In this document: in pieces, positions 1 to 14,200 of the stretch
How positions within the stretch are numbered: the first letter of the stretch is position 1
Layout: every line of letters begins with the position of its first letter
Assembly (NCBI GenBank): GCA_024704765.1
Contig: JAKMXF010000177.1
Coordinates: forward strand, 568,963-632,962
Source: Oopsacas minuta
Lineage: Eukaryota > Animalia > Porifera
DNA length: 64,000 nt
Direction of reading: 5' to 3'
Position numbers and translations under genes: made by a program
The notes under the pieces: model-generated
Told to the model about the DNA's origin: nothing
Databases searched by the model: none
The model's input: the letters and a program-made list of their open reading frames with translations, nothing else

Positions 1-2216
1 TGTCTACTGCAGAGGGAATAATTGGAGTGTTCAAGAGTTGTAAGAACTTGCAACGCAAGACAGGAAGTAACAAGTTTGCCGCATGTGTTGTCCTGGATGA
101 AGTAGGTTTAGCAGAAGATTCACCACTTCTTCCTCTTAAAGTACTTCATCCTCTCCTTGAAGATAACGATTATGAGTCTGAAGAAATAGAAAAAATGTCT
201 GAACAAGACGAGCTTAAGACAAAAGAAATACATATTCCAGTGAGTGAGGAAAAAAAGCCGAGTAAAGTCGAGTTTGATGATATGAAAGATCGTGTAGCAT
301 TTATAGGCATTTCTAACTGGTCTCTTGATCCTGCCAAAATGAATAGAGGTATTATGGTAGCGAGAGGAGATCCTGATGTAGATGAATTAATCGCGAGTGC
401 TGAAGGAATATGTAAGTTTGATTCTCAAAGCGGTAAACGATCCAAGAGTATACAAGTACAAATATCAAACTTGTCGCAAGCTTATCATAAGCTTACCCTC
501 GACAAAACTGAGGTAGTAGGAGTTTCTCAAAATCGAGAATATTACGGACTGAGAGATTTTTATAGTCTCATTAAAATGCTCGTTTTCATATGCAATGAAT
601 ACAAAACCTTATTGTCACCTGGTATTTTGGAACATGCTGTCAAAAGAAACTTTGGTGGTATGACATGTGTAGATCCAGTCAAGATATTCAACGATATTGT
701 TAAAATCCCTAGAAAAGACACTAACCAATGTCCAGATTCTTCTCCACTTGGATTGATCAGAGCAAACCTGACTAATCTTTCTCGCTCTTACCACGGTGAA
801 ACTCGTTACTTACTACTACTCACTGAGAACTATGCTGCTCTTAACATCTTGTTACGTTCACAAGACATGTGGCCAAAACTGCAGGATATTAGAAATATCC
901 GTGTCATATTTGGATCTAGCTTTCCATGTGATCAGGAGTACTCTGCAGTTTGTCGTAACATCAATAGGATAAAGGTGTGCATGGAATCTGGTAAAACTAT
1001 AATTTTGTTGAATCTTGAGAACCTCTATGAATCTCTGTATGATGCTCTGAATCAGTACTACATGGAAATGAACAATCAAAGATATGTAGATCTGGGGTTA
1101 GGTACCCATCGAATGAAGTGTCGTGTTCACAACGAATTCAAACTAATTGTAGTTGCAGACACAGAGACCGTACAGGAGAGATTTCCTACTCCTCTAATCA
1201 ATAGACTTGAGAAACATTTTCTAACTATGTCCACGGTTTTATCTGAAGATGAAATGATAATATCAAAATCCCTAACTGAATGGGCTAACGATTTCTCAAC
1301 GTTAGATAAGGATCGATCACTAGGATTTCAACAGAGGGGCAGTTTTACAATAGGTGACTGTTTTATTGGATATCATGACGATACTTCTTCTTCCATTGTG
1401 TTCCACTTAATGAAGGAGATGTATCCAGCTAATACAACTTCCTATACAAATGATAATTTTGTGGATGTGTTTGAAAGATGTAAAACACTATTATTAAGAA
1501 TGGCAACTACTGATGCAGTGTTTCGTGTTAAGAACAGTTCTCTGTCTTGTCAATATGAAGAAATTATTAATAAATATTTTAAATCATGTCAAAGTAGTCT
1601 TGAAGGATACCTGAGGGAAGCACTCAAATGTACTCAAATATGTGGAAATGTAACAGCTGAACTTAATGAAATAGTATCAAATGGTACAGGAGCACATCTC
1701 ACACTCGCTACAACTCATTCCCGACTCCTGACAGAAAAAGATGTAGATCAGTTGAAAGAATGTCTCTCCACAGACTCAGACACTGATACAATTGAGATAA
1801 CAAGTATCTCTCTACAACAGTTCCAGACAGAGCAACAATACACTTGTGAGATTCAGAAGTTCTTGAGAGGGGAAACAGAGATTGAAACAAAGGAAGGTAT
1901 ACACAGAAAGATATTGCTTGTTCAGTGTGAGAGAGGGGCAGACAATGCTAAACTGATTGCTTGTGCTCGTCATAAGGCAGTAGATGAGTTGAAGGATTGG
2001 AGAGAAGAGAAAGGAGAATATATGTTTGAGGTATGTTTGGTATTCTTGATTCAGCTGAGTAGAGAAGCACATGGGAGTAAGTTTATCAGTTTTTGTGGAG
2101 GAGACTGGAACACAGTACACATTGATGATATCCGTTCTTTTGACAGCATACATATGCTTCCTATCTCTGATCTTATTAGAAAACAAATCTATCAAGTATT
2201 CGGTGGTTATAATTTG
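1..2216 (+). CDS. RNF213: RNF213-like exon 1 in window (AAA+ core, Walker B VVLDE)
   Basis: Frame open from base 3 (STAEGIIGVFKSC...); donor TTG|GTGAGT at 2217. Confidence 0.95.
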
Positions 2217-5200
2217 GTGAGTGTATTAGTCTTGTTAGACAATTACGTATGTGTTCCTTTACAAACTACTTTTTCTAGGAATCTAAAACATATTCCCCTT
2301 CAATAAATTATCAAAAAATGAAAATTATTGAATGTATTCAATCAGCAGCTTCTAGATTGGATGATTCTAATGGTAGTGAAGAACGGACCCTTACTCGTAT
2401 TGGTGACTTTGTTAAACTGTTTAAAGAAGAGAAGTATTTTGGTGAGTATAACACGCTTAGCTGTATGCACCAATTCTTAGGAGCGGTCTTTGTAGCGTGT
2501 TCCATATATGGATCCCGTACCATTTCATACCTGCCAACCTGAGTGAGGAAAAGCCATACGGAAGATACTAATTTAGCTAGACATCGTGGGATGTCACATA
2601 TTAGCATTCTATTGCACTACAATAATCGGGACAGTTCAAATACGGGTCTGACATGTTGTATGAATCTATGTGCAAATAATAATAATTTGTTATAATTTCA
2701 GGACTCTAGCATCACACCGTAAATAGATCAATAATAATAATAATAATACTAACCACTATTTGTATAATTATTCAATAGTTAGTTTTATTTAGACATTTTA
2801 ATATACCAACCTTCGGCTTGTCGCTTCGTGATGAACTCGGCTCCTTACGCCTCGAGCAGGCCCCACTGAGAGGGCTGTAGCCGGGCAAATCCCGGGGCCC
2901 CATCTTGATGGGCTCTTTAAGAATTTTTAATAAGCTGAGTGTTAGGGGAACAATATTCACCAAGGGGAAACACTCGGAGAAACAGGAATCCCTATGATAC
3001 TGGAAATGTTTTGAATGGTAACTGTTAATTCTGTACAAATTTATCCTCACGTTCGACACTTTTGTACTCCATGGCTGCTGAATCGGCACTTACGTGCCCG
3101 CCATGCGCCCAGATAAACCCCTTGCACTAAATTTTTTACAAAGAAACACAAAATGTAGATTCACTAATATACGTAATGTGTTCTTGGTTATTTTAAATTT
3201 AATACTTGTATTATGAAATAATCTTGTAATTTAGATGAATTTATTCAACCTTTCTGTCAAAGAATGACAAATCTATTGAAGAACCAGTATGATTCTTCAT
3301 TAGATAGTAGTTATGACTGGATCTTACAAACTGCTAACTGTGGAGAAGACATTAAATCTTGTGGGACCTTTCATAAAGCTGTTAATCTCCGTATTAATAG
3401 CACGATTACTCCTCTTTTATCAGAGTTGATCGCTTTCATAGATAGAAATGCAAACTTTGAATTGGCAGTGCAAGATGAAAAGGTATCAAGATGTTATTAT
3501 GATCTATGGTGTGATATTTTCAAAGATGAACAGCTGTTAGTATTTCAATACGCAGATACAATTTCTAGTAATACGTTCCTTCCTAGAAGGAAAGTACCTG
3601 TTTTGAGTGATGGAGCTGGAGGGAAATTCTTCAGAGCGAATTTCCCATTCTCATGGTTAATACAAGAGAATTGTTCTTTACTAATGTCTAAGGCCAAGAA
3701 TTTAGCAGGTAATATCACAAATTTGATGAGAGTCGTGTATAACGTGTTTGAATCATTTAAATTGCAGCACCTATACGGAGATGCACTATTCAACATGTAC
3801 TATAGCCAACTTTTTATGAAATTTGTATCATGACCACACCCAGATCAACTGCTAGTTCACGACTACAGGTTCTGTCAGGATTGGTTATGTTTGGTCACCT
3901 TTGGTAAAAATGGCCATAATGTTTGACCTACCAAAAAATGACGTAAAATATCTCTGCCGCAGTGTGACCAAGTTTGGTCATATGATCCTCGACCACAGTT
4001 TAATAAACCCTGTGTTATAGTATTGAATATACTATCCACTCTCTGGCCAAAAAAAGTATTTGAACACTCTGCCACAATTGACACATTGCACAAATATGTA
4101 TTTTACTTTAGCTGCATAGGCTGAAGATAATTTCAAACATTTGTGAACTTAATTCTATCATATATTTTATCATTACAATCGCCTTTTCTGATATATCCAC
4201 AGACTATTCAATACGTATATTCTCGCAATGTGTCATTAATGGTATGGCGTTCCAATAATTTTGGATTTGGGAGTGTATACAAAACCAATCAAATTGGGAA
4301 GAGTTGGAAGAAATTCAGGATTCGATACTTCAATGCCTTATGTTAATCTTGCTGGGGTTCCTTTGGTGGCTCCCTACATATGAATTTCTTGAGATTGATT
4401 TGGGGAGGTCTCCTAAATCAATCTGAACAAATGCATATTTAGTGCCCTACAAACCTTTCTATCTTCTAGGGAAAATTCTACCTTGGATGCACTTTGAGTC
4501 TGTATTTAATGAAACACCTCTTGGTAAACTTATTTACAAGAATTTAATGTCTAATGAGGAAAATGCCAAATATATTGAGCTTTATTTGAGAGACTTTATT
4601 TATATGAAGGTGTATCCTACTTCTAAAGCTGATTATTTGGTAAGTATTAGCTATTAGGATATTCTAATTCTGCTGATATTTCGAAATTAGTATCTTTTCG
4701 CATATTCATTCATCAATTGACTTTCGAGCATGTCGATTAGAGAGGAGTGCCTCGAAATGACTAGAAACTTCTCAGCAGGTATAGCTACTAATTCAGGGTA
4801 AATCCTTACTCCAACAAAGCAAAATGACTTGGAACAACATCCAAGCAGGTACAGCCACTTCAAACGAAACCATGTATACTTAATCGCCAACCTCTTGCGC
4901 GGAAAATGTTTAATCTTTAAACGGATTTATAAAGCACTGGGAGCAACAAGAAGGGCTCAGGTTATTCACTAGCCCAATTAAGGCAGATTTTTGATGAATT
5001 TTCTCTATTCTTACCCTTGGTGTTGTATCAGTACCTTTTGATTACTCAGCTACTCCAGAAATATTACGAACTTATTCATACTTCAAATTCGGACTTATTT
5101 CGGCGCCCATTCTTACAATATATAATAATATACACTCAACTTCCCATTGAATAAAAGGATCATTTGGTCAATTCTTAATTCTTATGAATTATGAAATCTA

Positions 5201-8200
5201 TTATGCACCAATTTTGCCAAATAATGCTTACTAAGCATAAAATTACACATTTAGAGATTTTTGCTTATCTACATTAATGTAATATGTACATTCATCGAGT
5301 AAAAAATTAAAAGTCTATACATTCTAGATATATAAGTCACATGTCTACAAGTTGGCCTGCTCACATAGCCCTGGCCCATTTTTCTGAACCTGCACCATGA
5401 CCTTGTACAATATGAGTCCCGATTTTGGCAACTGAAATTTCCATAACCTCGCTATATTAATGATAGATACTTTTAAGTTTTGCCTGATTGATTGAAACTA
5501 TTCTTCTTAGGTATTTGAGTGTATCTTGCTGAATTGTATCCACAATCTGTGTTCAATCGATGCGAGCGAAGGATATGAAGATATTCGTTATTCTGCTAAC
5601 AAAACCACTATTCCTAAGATTCATTATGCTTACCAGGACTCTAGACAGCTAATTGAGCTTTTCGAACAAGCTTTTGGATTGAAAGATACTTTGGGCAGAA
5701 CAATCTCTGATATGCTCCCACAAATGTGGGATGATCAAGATATGAAGTTGAATTGTTTGGAATTAGTTTTGATAGAAGAAATCATTTCATTATGTTCTCA
5801 TAATAAGGATCGTACTTCTTCAATGGAGCTAGCAGAAATATATGTTACTGAGATCAGAAAATGGCAACCTCTGATTGAGAAGGGATTGTCTCGTACTCAT
5901 TCAAATAAAGATATTAATGAATATCAGCTCGAAATTAGGTGATTTGAAAATTTCTAAAACAAATAATCATATACCGCTTATATAGGATCTGGATTGGAGT
6001 ATACACTCAATGGCCAAAAGTATTGAAACACTCTGCCACAATTGACACATGGCACAAATATGTATTTACTTTACTGCATATGCTGAAGATAATTTCAAAC
6101 ATTTGTGAACTTAATTCTATCATTAATTTTGTCATTAGAATCGCCTTTTCTGATATATCAACAGACTATTCAATACGTATATTATCGCATTGTGTCATAT
6201 GCCGTATGTGTGTTACTAATGGTATGGTGTTCCAATACATTTGGCCAGGGAGTGTATAGCCCCTTTAGAAAGTAGGATAGGACCGACTACTATGAATGCA
6301 GACCATAACCAAAGATTGGATTCAGGATTTTATTGTCTTCCCTGATTATTCCAATGGAGTGCTAGTACTATTCTAGGTTATAGGGTTTAGAATACTTACT
6401 ATGACTAGATTTATTTATTGTTTTCTCTGAATTTCTCTCATTATTATTATTTTGCAAATAGGCGGAAGTGGAACCGTATTATAGCAGTTCAATTATTTAT
6501 CTCTCATTGCACGCTAGGAGTTGGTCTTAATGTTACAGAAAGCAGCATAAACAGATTATTCTTGGTAAGTAGAATGGACATCTTAGGTTGGAAAATTTCT
6601 GACACAAATTCATTGTATTACAATCCCTATTCGGTTAACACCTACACTCTAGTATATTACGTAATTAATTTGTTCCCCTAAGGGGGTACATATTATCCAA
6701 GATCTACTTTATTAATAACTTAATTATTTACACATCTTCTATGTAAAATACAAAAGCAAGCTAGATATTAGGTTTCAATATGCTGTCAGGGGTAATTGGG
6801 CGTGTAGAGTCCGATTTTGACATTTTTAATTTTACAGTCAAACACATAGCGGCCACCTAAAAACAGGGTTGAGAAATTTCCAGAGAATTAAGCGCTCCTA
6901 ATTTTTGGGCGCGCTCTCATCCCCGATCCTTATTCAGAAATAGGAGTGCACTCCGGCTCCCACTCCACAAAAATGGAGCGCGCTCATTTTCATTCTTTCA
7001 GATTTACATTAGGTTTGTATTTTAAGTAATTAATATTAAATTTATTTAATTATTTCCTGAATCTTAAATGGACCGTGCTCCTCTAATGCCAGAAGTGGAA
7101 AATCATTATCTTCTGAATATCAGCTCTAATCCTCGTAGATTTTCAATCTGGTTAATATTTGTTTATATTCGCTATTTCAGCTCTAAAATTATGGAGTTTT
7201 GTTATCTCTCCCAAATATTATCCACATTCGAAGATAAATGCTAGTTAGGGTTCTGTTTTGGGGCCAGGATTTTCAAATCCAGAGCGATCGATAGTTGTAT
7301 AACTATAAACTATAAACGAAAATTCTGTATCATTAAATGTACTTTTATTACCAATGAGGAGATGGTCACCCTTAGACTTAAAGTCAAAAATTTTTTTCTT
7401 GTAGAGTGGATGTTATTGTATTAACACGTTAATAAATTTGTATTGATATTAGTCTGTGTTTATTTTATTCACTAAACTCTTTAGCGTATACACTTATTAA
7501 TTATATGATTAATCATATTTCACCCTCTTATCAATACTTCAAATTGGTCCTAGAGGTTAGCTTTCGTCTGATAATTAGGGTAAACAGGGAAATAGAATCG
7601 ATTCTAACACTTTAAATTGTCTAACACGATTATTTACATAAAATATTAACATTTTTTGTAATTGAATTATTTAATAGAACATTACAGACTAAAAATATAC
7701 TAAAATAGATTTAGTGAAATTCCGTCAGTAAAGGCTGTGATTTGAGAATTCATTTATTTTAATTTCGCTACTAATTCTGTATCTTAGATCCTTGGAGAGT
7801 CTCCAGATTTTACTTCACTAAAAGTTGTTAATCATATTCTCACAATTATTTCTAACTGTTTTAAGAAAATGAACAAAGAATTAGGGTAAGGAATGTTATG
7901 AAGTCATTCTATTGAATGTGATCTAATTTTGTTATTTGTTCATAGGACTCAATCGCCTCTTAGAGAAAGGTTCAAAGGCTATGCAACAAGATTTTTCATC
8001 AGTATTCTCACCAATTTATCATTCAAATATTTAGAAATTGAAGATGACAATACTGATATTATTCGTTTATTGATGGGATTTGTTTCACTAGATGAGACTA
8101 CTTTCTCGCAAAGTTTAACAGAAGAGACGAATATTAATATACTCACTAAGAATGAACTTGATCCTTCTCCAGCATTCAGAACTTTCTTACTTCAACTTTT

Positions 8201-11200
8201 GATCAAACACAGGTAATATCTCAACTAAATACATATACGTAATGCTAGCATTAGCACTTCGTCTCTTTGATGCTAAAGCAAATTTCAGATTTTAGCCATT
8301 TATTATTCAAAAATATTGAATAATGTTGAGTTTGTCATTCCATTATATATTTGCAAAGTATTATTTTGGTAAATATTTATCCTCAATATTTGTTTATCGA
8401 TCAATCATCTGAAATACAGTCCATATACGTATACCACATCTATGATTGAGGGGAATATTCGAAAATTATCTGTGTAAAAGTTAAATTCTCCGAACCAGGC
8501 CCGAAATACTGCCAATATCAGTCAAATAAAACCTAAGAGTATTTAGGTTATTCAATCCATTATTCAAACGAATAGTTACGTATTATTTAATGAAAATGTA
8601 GATCAATCTCAGGCAGCTCTGTAAGAAGTGAAATACCTAGTTTTATCTCTTCATTTCACCCTAAGTAATGTAATGATGTTGTTAAGGTATTTTTTGTATA
8701 AATATAGTAGACATAGAATATTGATTGGTAGGGCCCTTTGGGACAACTTGAATTATAATGAGTCGAAAATCCTAACCCAGGACCAATTATCGGGCTAAGA
8801 ATTCATCATCAATATCTATTATTAGGCACGATTTCTTTAAACAACACATTACTGAATATTTAACAGATACAGTTGGGAAGTTTCAAGATACATTGAAACA
8901 ACGAGAATTATTTCTACTGATAGTTCAATCAATCGAGGTAGGATTTTGTGTATTATTAGATTTATTATGTTTGTTTAGGCCGTTTATAATTAGATATTAT
9001 TAGAGCTAAAAACTTATTGCTTACATTTCTTTTCATTCGTTTTAATATTTGGATTACATAGAAACACTTTGCTGTCTCTAATTTACGGGTAGCGAGGGAT
9101 CTGGTACAGGCAATAATATTGGGCATTTATCTTTATACACACTTTAGGAGGGTTAGGCCCGAATTTCTTAGAGAGAGAGAGAGCACTTTATAGAGCTATA
9201 GGACATCTCGGAATAACATACTATAAATCCTGTTCTTGATAACGAACAAACAAGCAAACAAACAAACTAATAATAATTGACCAATAAAGTGGTTGAGAAG
9301 GAAAATATGTGAAAATTTATGGTCACATTGCAATAAACTCATCTACAAACACAAAACACAACACAAATTATCGATTGATTAGGAGTAACCTCGGTGCAAG
9401 AAGGGCGTCTATTGCGGACACGAAATGTCTGAAACCGTGTACCGCAAGGAAGCGTAACTAACTTGTCTATATATACAGGAATGGGAAATTTATAGTCTTA
9501 TTAGAGCGTAAAATTTCCAACTTTTCTAAAATGAATATGAGCGTGCTCCAAAGGATGAAGAGCGCTTAATCCTCTGTGTAATATATTGCAATTACAATTA
9601 CCGTATCCAGGTTCAGGGACTTTGCTGATCATTCCGAAAACTTATCTCGAATCCACATTATTCTTTCAAGTGTGAGGATCCGAGTAGAAATTGCGTCACT
9701 TTTCAGACCCGACCGACCAGAAAAACCCGAACCCGATTCCAAATCTGGTGAGGTCTTGCAGTCATCAATAATACCATATATAGTCATTTTCAAGATTACG
9801 TCATATTCATCAGCGATTTCATATCAAAATGTATTATCAGGGTATGGGAAGTCGGAAATATACTAATTGTTTGTAAATGATTTGGTACTATAATTATTCA
9901 ATCAATCCCTGGTCCAAAATCTTAAGTAACCATCAATGCCTTATATAATTTAATATATGCTTAGAATGCTTTATGTTGATCAATTTTAGGATTTATTTCA
10001 TCAACGGTTTAAAGAATATACTCAGGAACATCAGCACCAGCTTGTTAAAAGTCAAATAGATACTGAAATAGCAGTCAATTCTGATATTACGAAAGTATCT
10101 TATGAGTTACTTGAGCAGATTGGTACTCTGAGGTTTATTAGTGTCCACATTTCTAATTGGATTATTGATTGTTATAACTTACTAAGAACACAATTGGATA
10201 CACAACCACCTAACTATTTCACAGAGAGAGATAGGTTAATCACAGATTTTAAAGACATGTGTAGGCTGGAAGGGAATGAATATCTTCATTTATTCCTCCT
10301 CAAGAATATTTATCATCAATTAGGCAGTGATACGTTGCAATTGATTACTAAGAATGATAAATGTTCCTGGATTATACCAGATGATGTGATGGATATCATT
10401 ACTGAGGTATGTTTAACGGATAATTGTATATAGCTCAGCTATACTACATAGAATACAGTTTTTTGTGAGCCCTATAGATGCTAACGACATGACATGGTGT
10501 CTTTACGTCCGTCCACTCGCCGTGCGAAATCTAACAGTCCGATTAAGCTGAAAATATGTACACAAAACACATACATTTTGGGGTGGAGTTTGCACCTGCG
10601 ATATGAATTATTCTAAAGTTAATATTCAAATCATTCTATGTAAAATTCGAAAGCATGCTAGAGGCTAGGAGGATTCAATTTGGTGTAATTTGGTGCCGAT
10701 TTTGAATTTTGGAGTGTGATAATCCTATTTTTACCTTTTGACATATATTTCAGTTTGATGCCAGAAAAATTCTTTTCAACGGCTAGTCAGGGTAATCGAG
10801 CATAGGTACAATACTAAAATTGTACTAAAATGGTACCAATTTTTATTATCCATGGTCCATCCATATTTCATTTAATGACCTTCTGTGGTTATGTTGCAAT
10901 ATATTAGAGATTTTCGTGTGTACGCGTATACACTAAATGTTTCGGGTGTACTCGTACACACGATATTTTTTAGTGTATTAGAGTTTACCTCAGCATATGG
11001 GTTGTTTATATGTGATTTGTTTGGATTAGTACATACCAGCTTTAGCGTTATCAATCAGATGTTATTACGTTTGTTGTCGTCGTTACTACTAATTGGGTGA
11101 TATTTCTTGGATATACAATATATCTGTAATAATACATATAAGCGTACATTCAATATACATAATATTTATCTGTTGATGGATTCAAGGAAACAGAATTTTA

Positions 11201-14200
11201 TCAAATCATTATTGAAGTTGCAGGAACAAATTATTAAATTAATACCACGTTATCAGCATAAGATATATTATCCATAGGAAAGATATGCGTGACATAATTA
11301 TCTTAGAAAGAAACAAGAGCCAGAAAAAGAACTAAACAAACAAAACAAATAAAATGAACACTAATATAATGGAACTACAAAAACAAAGAAAATACTGATA
11401 ACTATATCAAGCAATGAAGCTATAAACACGAATACATCATGATCTTGCGGTAGACAAGTTATACATTTCGAACACCTCTTATCACAAACCTTGGAAATAC
11501 ACAGGGTATATAAACAACCCATATGCTATGGTAAACTCTAATACAATAAAAAATATTCGTGAGTACGCGTACACCCGAAACATTTAGTGTATACGCGTAC
11601 ACATGAATATCTCTGATACACTGCAACAGTAATATTGTTGCTGCTACGTGGCTTTTGGTTTGTAATGTGGCACTTCATGCTACGAGTATTATGAAATTCG
11701 CAAAAATATCGAAATTCGGGGAAGTTTGATTTTTATACAGGTCCTGATGACGTACTATACATACATATATAGACACACACACACATATATATGTTACCGT
11801 CCAAATTGAGTAAGGTTATTCTTACACAAAAATTGAGATTATACATTATGGTTTACTAAATAACAATATTTATAATTTCAAAGATATGATTTATGGTCTG
11901 CTAAAAAATATGAAATGTCCAATTCTGAAATTGTATGTTGGATCTAGATTCAATCTACAATTATATTCCTTCAATTGACTTAGTATTTGACAAATACTAA
12001 TACTATTTGTATGGTTTAATACAATTAATATCTAAATATACATTCACAATATACTATAAAAAATTAATAATCATGACAGAGTAGGAGATAATGTTGTAAA
12101 TGTACTTCTAGAAAGTAGAACTCTATTAGTTTTCAGTGAATTAGTTGTCCAGGATAATTAGTTGACCAGTTGATTTCGGTGGTTTTGACAAAACCCTGTT
12201 TTACATTACTATCTGTTCTCGCATACGGTGCCTGTGACACCTATAGTTGCATTTAACCGGCTTTCGTTAGCACTAGTAAGTCTTCAGACAGCTGTCTTAC
12301 ACTAGCATAAGGCGAACTACGTAACTCTGCCTATACAGGTTTCAATCCGGGATTTACTTTTGGGAGGGAAGTTCTCATAATGGGGAACGCTATATATCCC
12401 TGACTATTCTTTCGTTTATTTAGCTTATTCAGATATTTTGTCCAATTACTATACTAAATACAAACAACAATAATTTCAATATGAATATTTTAGGAAAATC
12501 TGTCTTAATTAACAATACACAATATTTATGCTTGAACCTCACAATACTATTCTACGGCTCTTTTTCCCTGTATAATTATCAACAAATTCCTCCAACATAT
12601 CATTCGTTAGGTGATTAAGGCCTTCAATGCATATGCCTATCATATGTTCAAGCGCGCCATCTCCCTAAACCGAACTTCAACTATCGCCTAACTATGGTAT
12701 GGAAAAGAGGAGATGGAGAAGGTCGAAAACGAACATAGAGAGACTAGATCAGTGCACTCCATCCTATTTCGGATATGGTCAATCACGCTTTGTATTTATG
12801 GCCGATACACTGTCTGAAGAAGTTGAATTTTTTCCTCTTCCATGATCACAATGTGTTTTCCACCAAGCTGAGTATCATCTGTAAAAACTAAAGACTGGTT
12901 CTGTTTACTATTTATTTAATCTCTGTTCTTCTTTCAGTGGTACTATTGACAATGAAGTAGTATCTTAATTGCACAAAATATCGCATAAGCTAGATATAAC
13001 GAAAGAATAGTCAGGGATATATAGCGTTCCCCATTATGACAACTTACCCCACAAATGTAAAATCCTGGATTGAACCCTGTAGAGGCAGGGTTACGTCGTT
13101 CGTCTCATGCTAGTGTAAGACAGCTGTCGGAAGACTTGCCAGTGTTAACGGAAGCAGGTTAAATGCAACTCGAGGTGTCACAGGCACTCTACCGTATGCG
13201 AGAACAGATAGTAATATAAAATAGGGTTCTTTCAAAACCACTTCAATCAACTGGTTAATTACCCTAGACAATTAATTCACTGAAAACTAATAGAGATTCT
13301 ACTTTCTAGAAGTACATTTACAGCATTATCTCCTACTCTGTCATGATTTTTAATTTTTTATAGTAAATATTGTGAATGTATATTTAGATATTAATTGTAT
13401 TAAACCATACAAATAGTATTTGTAGTTTGAATCTAGATACAATATACAATTTTAGAATTGGATATTTCATGTTTATTAGCAGACCATAAATCAGGAGTGG
13501 GCAAACTACTCGCTTGTGATTTTGAACCAGCCCGCCTGGCTTAAGGTATTTGGGTACTCTAATTATTTGATCACTGTCTTACTCTTCCTTACGCATTCGG
13601 AAATTTCGCCCCATGGAAAATTTCATTAATATAGTTAATTATTGTTTGTTTTACAAATAGCTAGTAGAATTTCTCTAATAATTTAGAACCTGGAACGTAC
13701 TCGTAAGTCAATATGGCCCGCATAAAAATATGGAATTAGAATGCGACCCGCGCATAAAAAAGTTTGCCCACCCTGACATAAATCATATCTTTGAAACTAT
13801 AAAATATTGTTTTTTAGTAAACCATAATATTTAATCTCAAATTTTGTTTCAAAATAACCTTACTCGTGAATACGTAATATAAGGACTGGAAACAGCAAAA
13901 AAAACTGGACCATGGATGAACTACAAGTGCATTCGTTTTTTGCTATTTATTATTATTAGTTATGAACTTTAAACGATAAATGTACCTATTTTAATTGGAA
14001 ATCGACTTTGAGATTGGACCAGGGATGAGATAGAAGTCATTTAAATAAAGTATATTATTATCATAGCATATCATTGCTTATAACTGAAATAATAACATAA
14101 TAATAGGTCTAAAACAACATGAATATAATAAAGGAATAGGAAACCAAAATCATTACAAAACTGTTAAGTAATTTATTAGCTGGAACTAACATGTCTCCTA

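Noticed and set aside
2217-2306. ORF-track extensions beyond splice donors and GTG/TTG starts
   Set aside because: Read-through into introns; similarity to RNF213 or SAS-6 stops at the GT donors.
858-2607. Minus-strand ORFs opposite RNF213, and similar antisense ORFs opposite the RTK, GTPase, SAS-6, NHL and EGF genes
   Set aside because: Shadow frames with no motifs.
4687-4980. Possible retroelement fragment in intron 4
   Set aside because: No RT, integrase or gag motif could be read in any frame.
6565-7787. A hidden RING exon in intron 6
   Set aside because: By eye it holds only repeat fragments, no C3HC4-like frame with splice sites; the RING would also be expected after exon 7, not before it.
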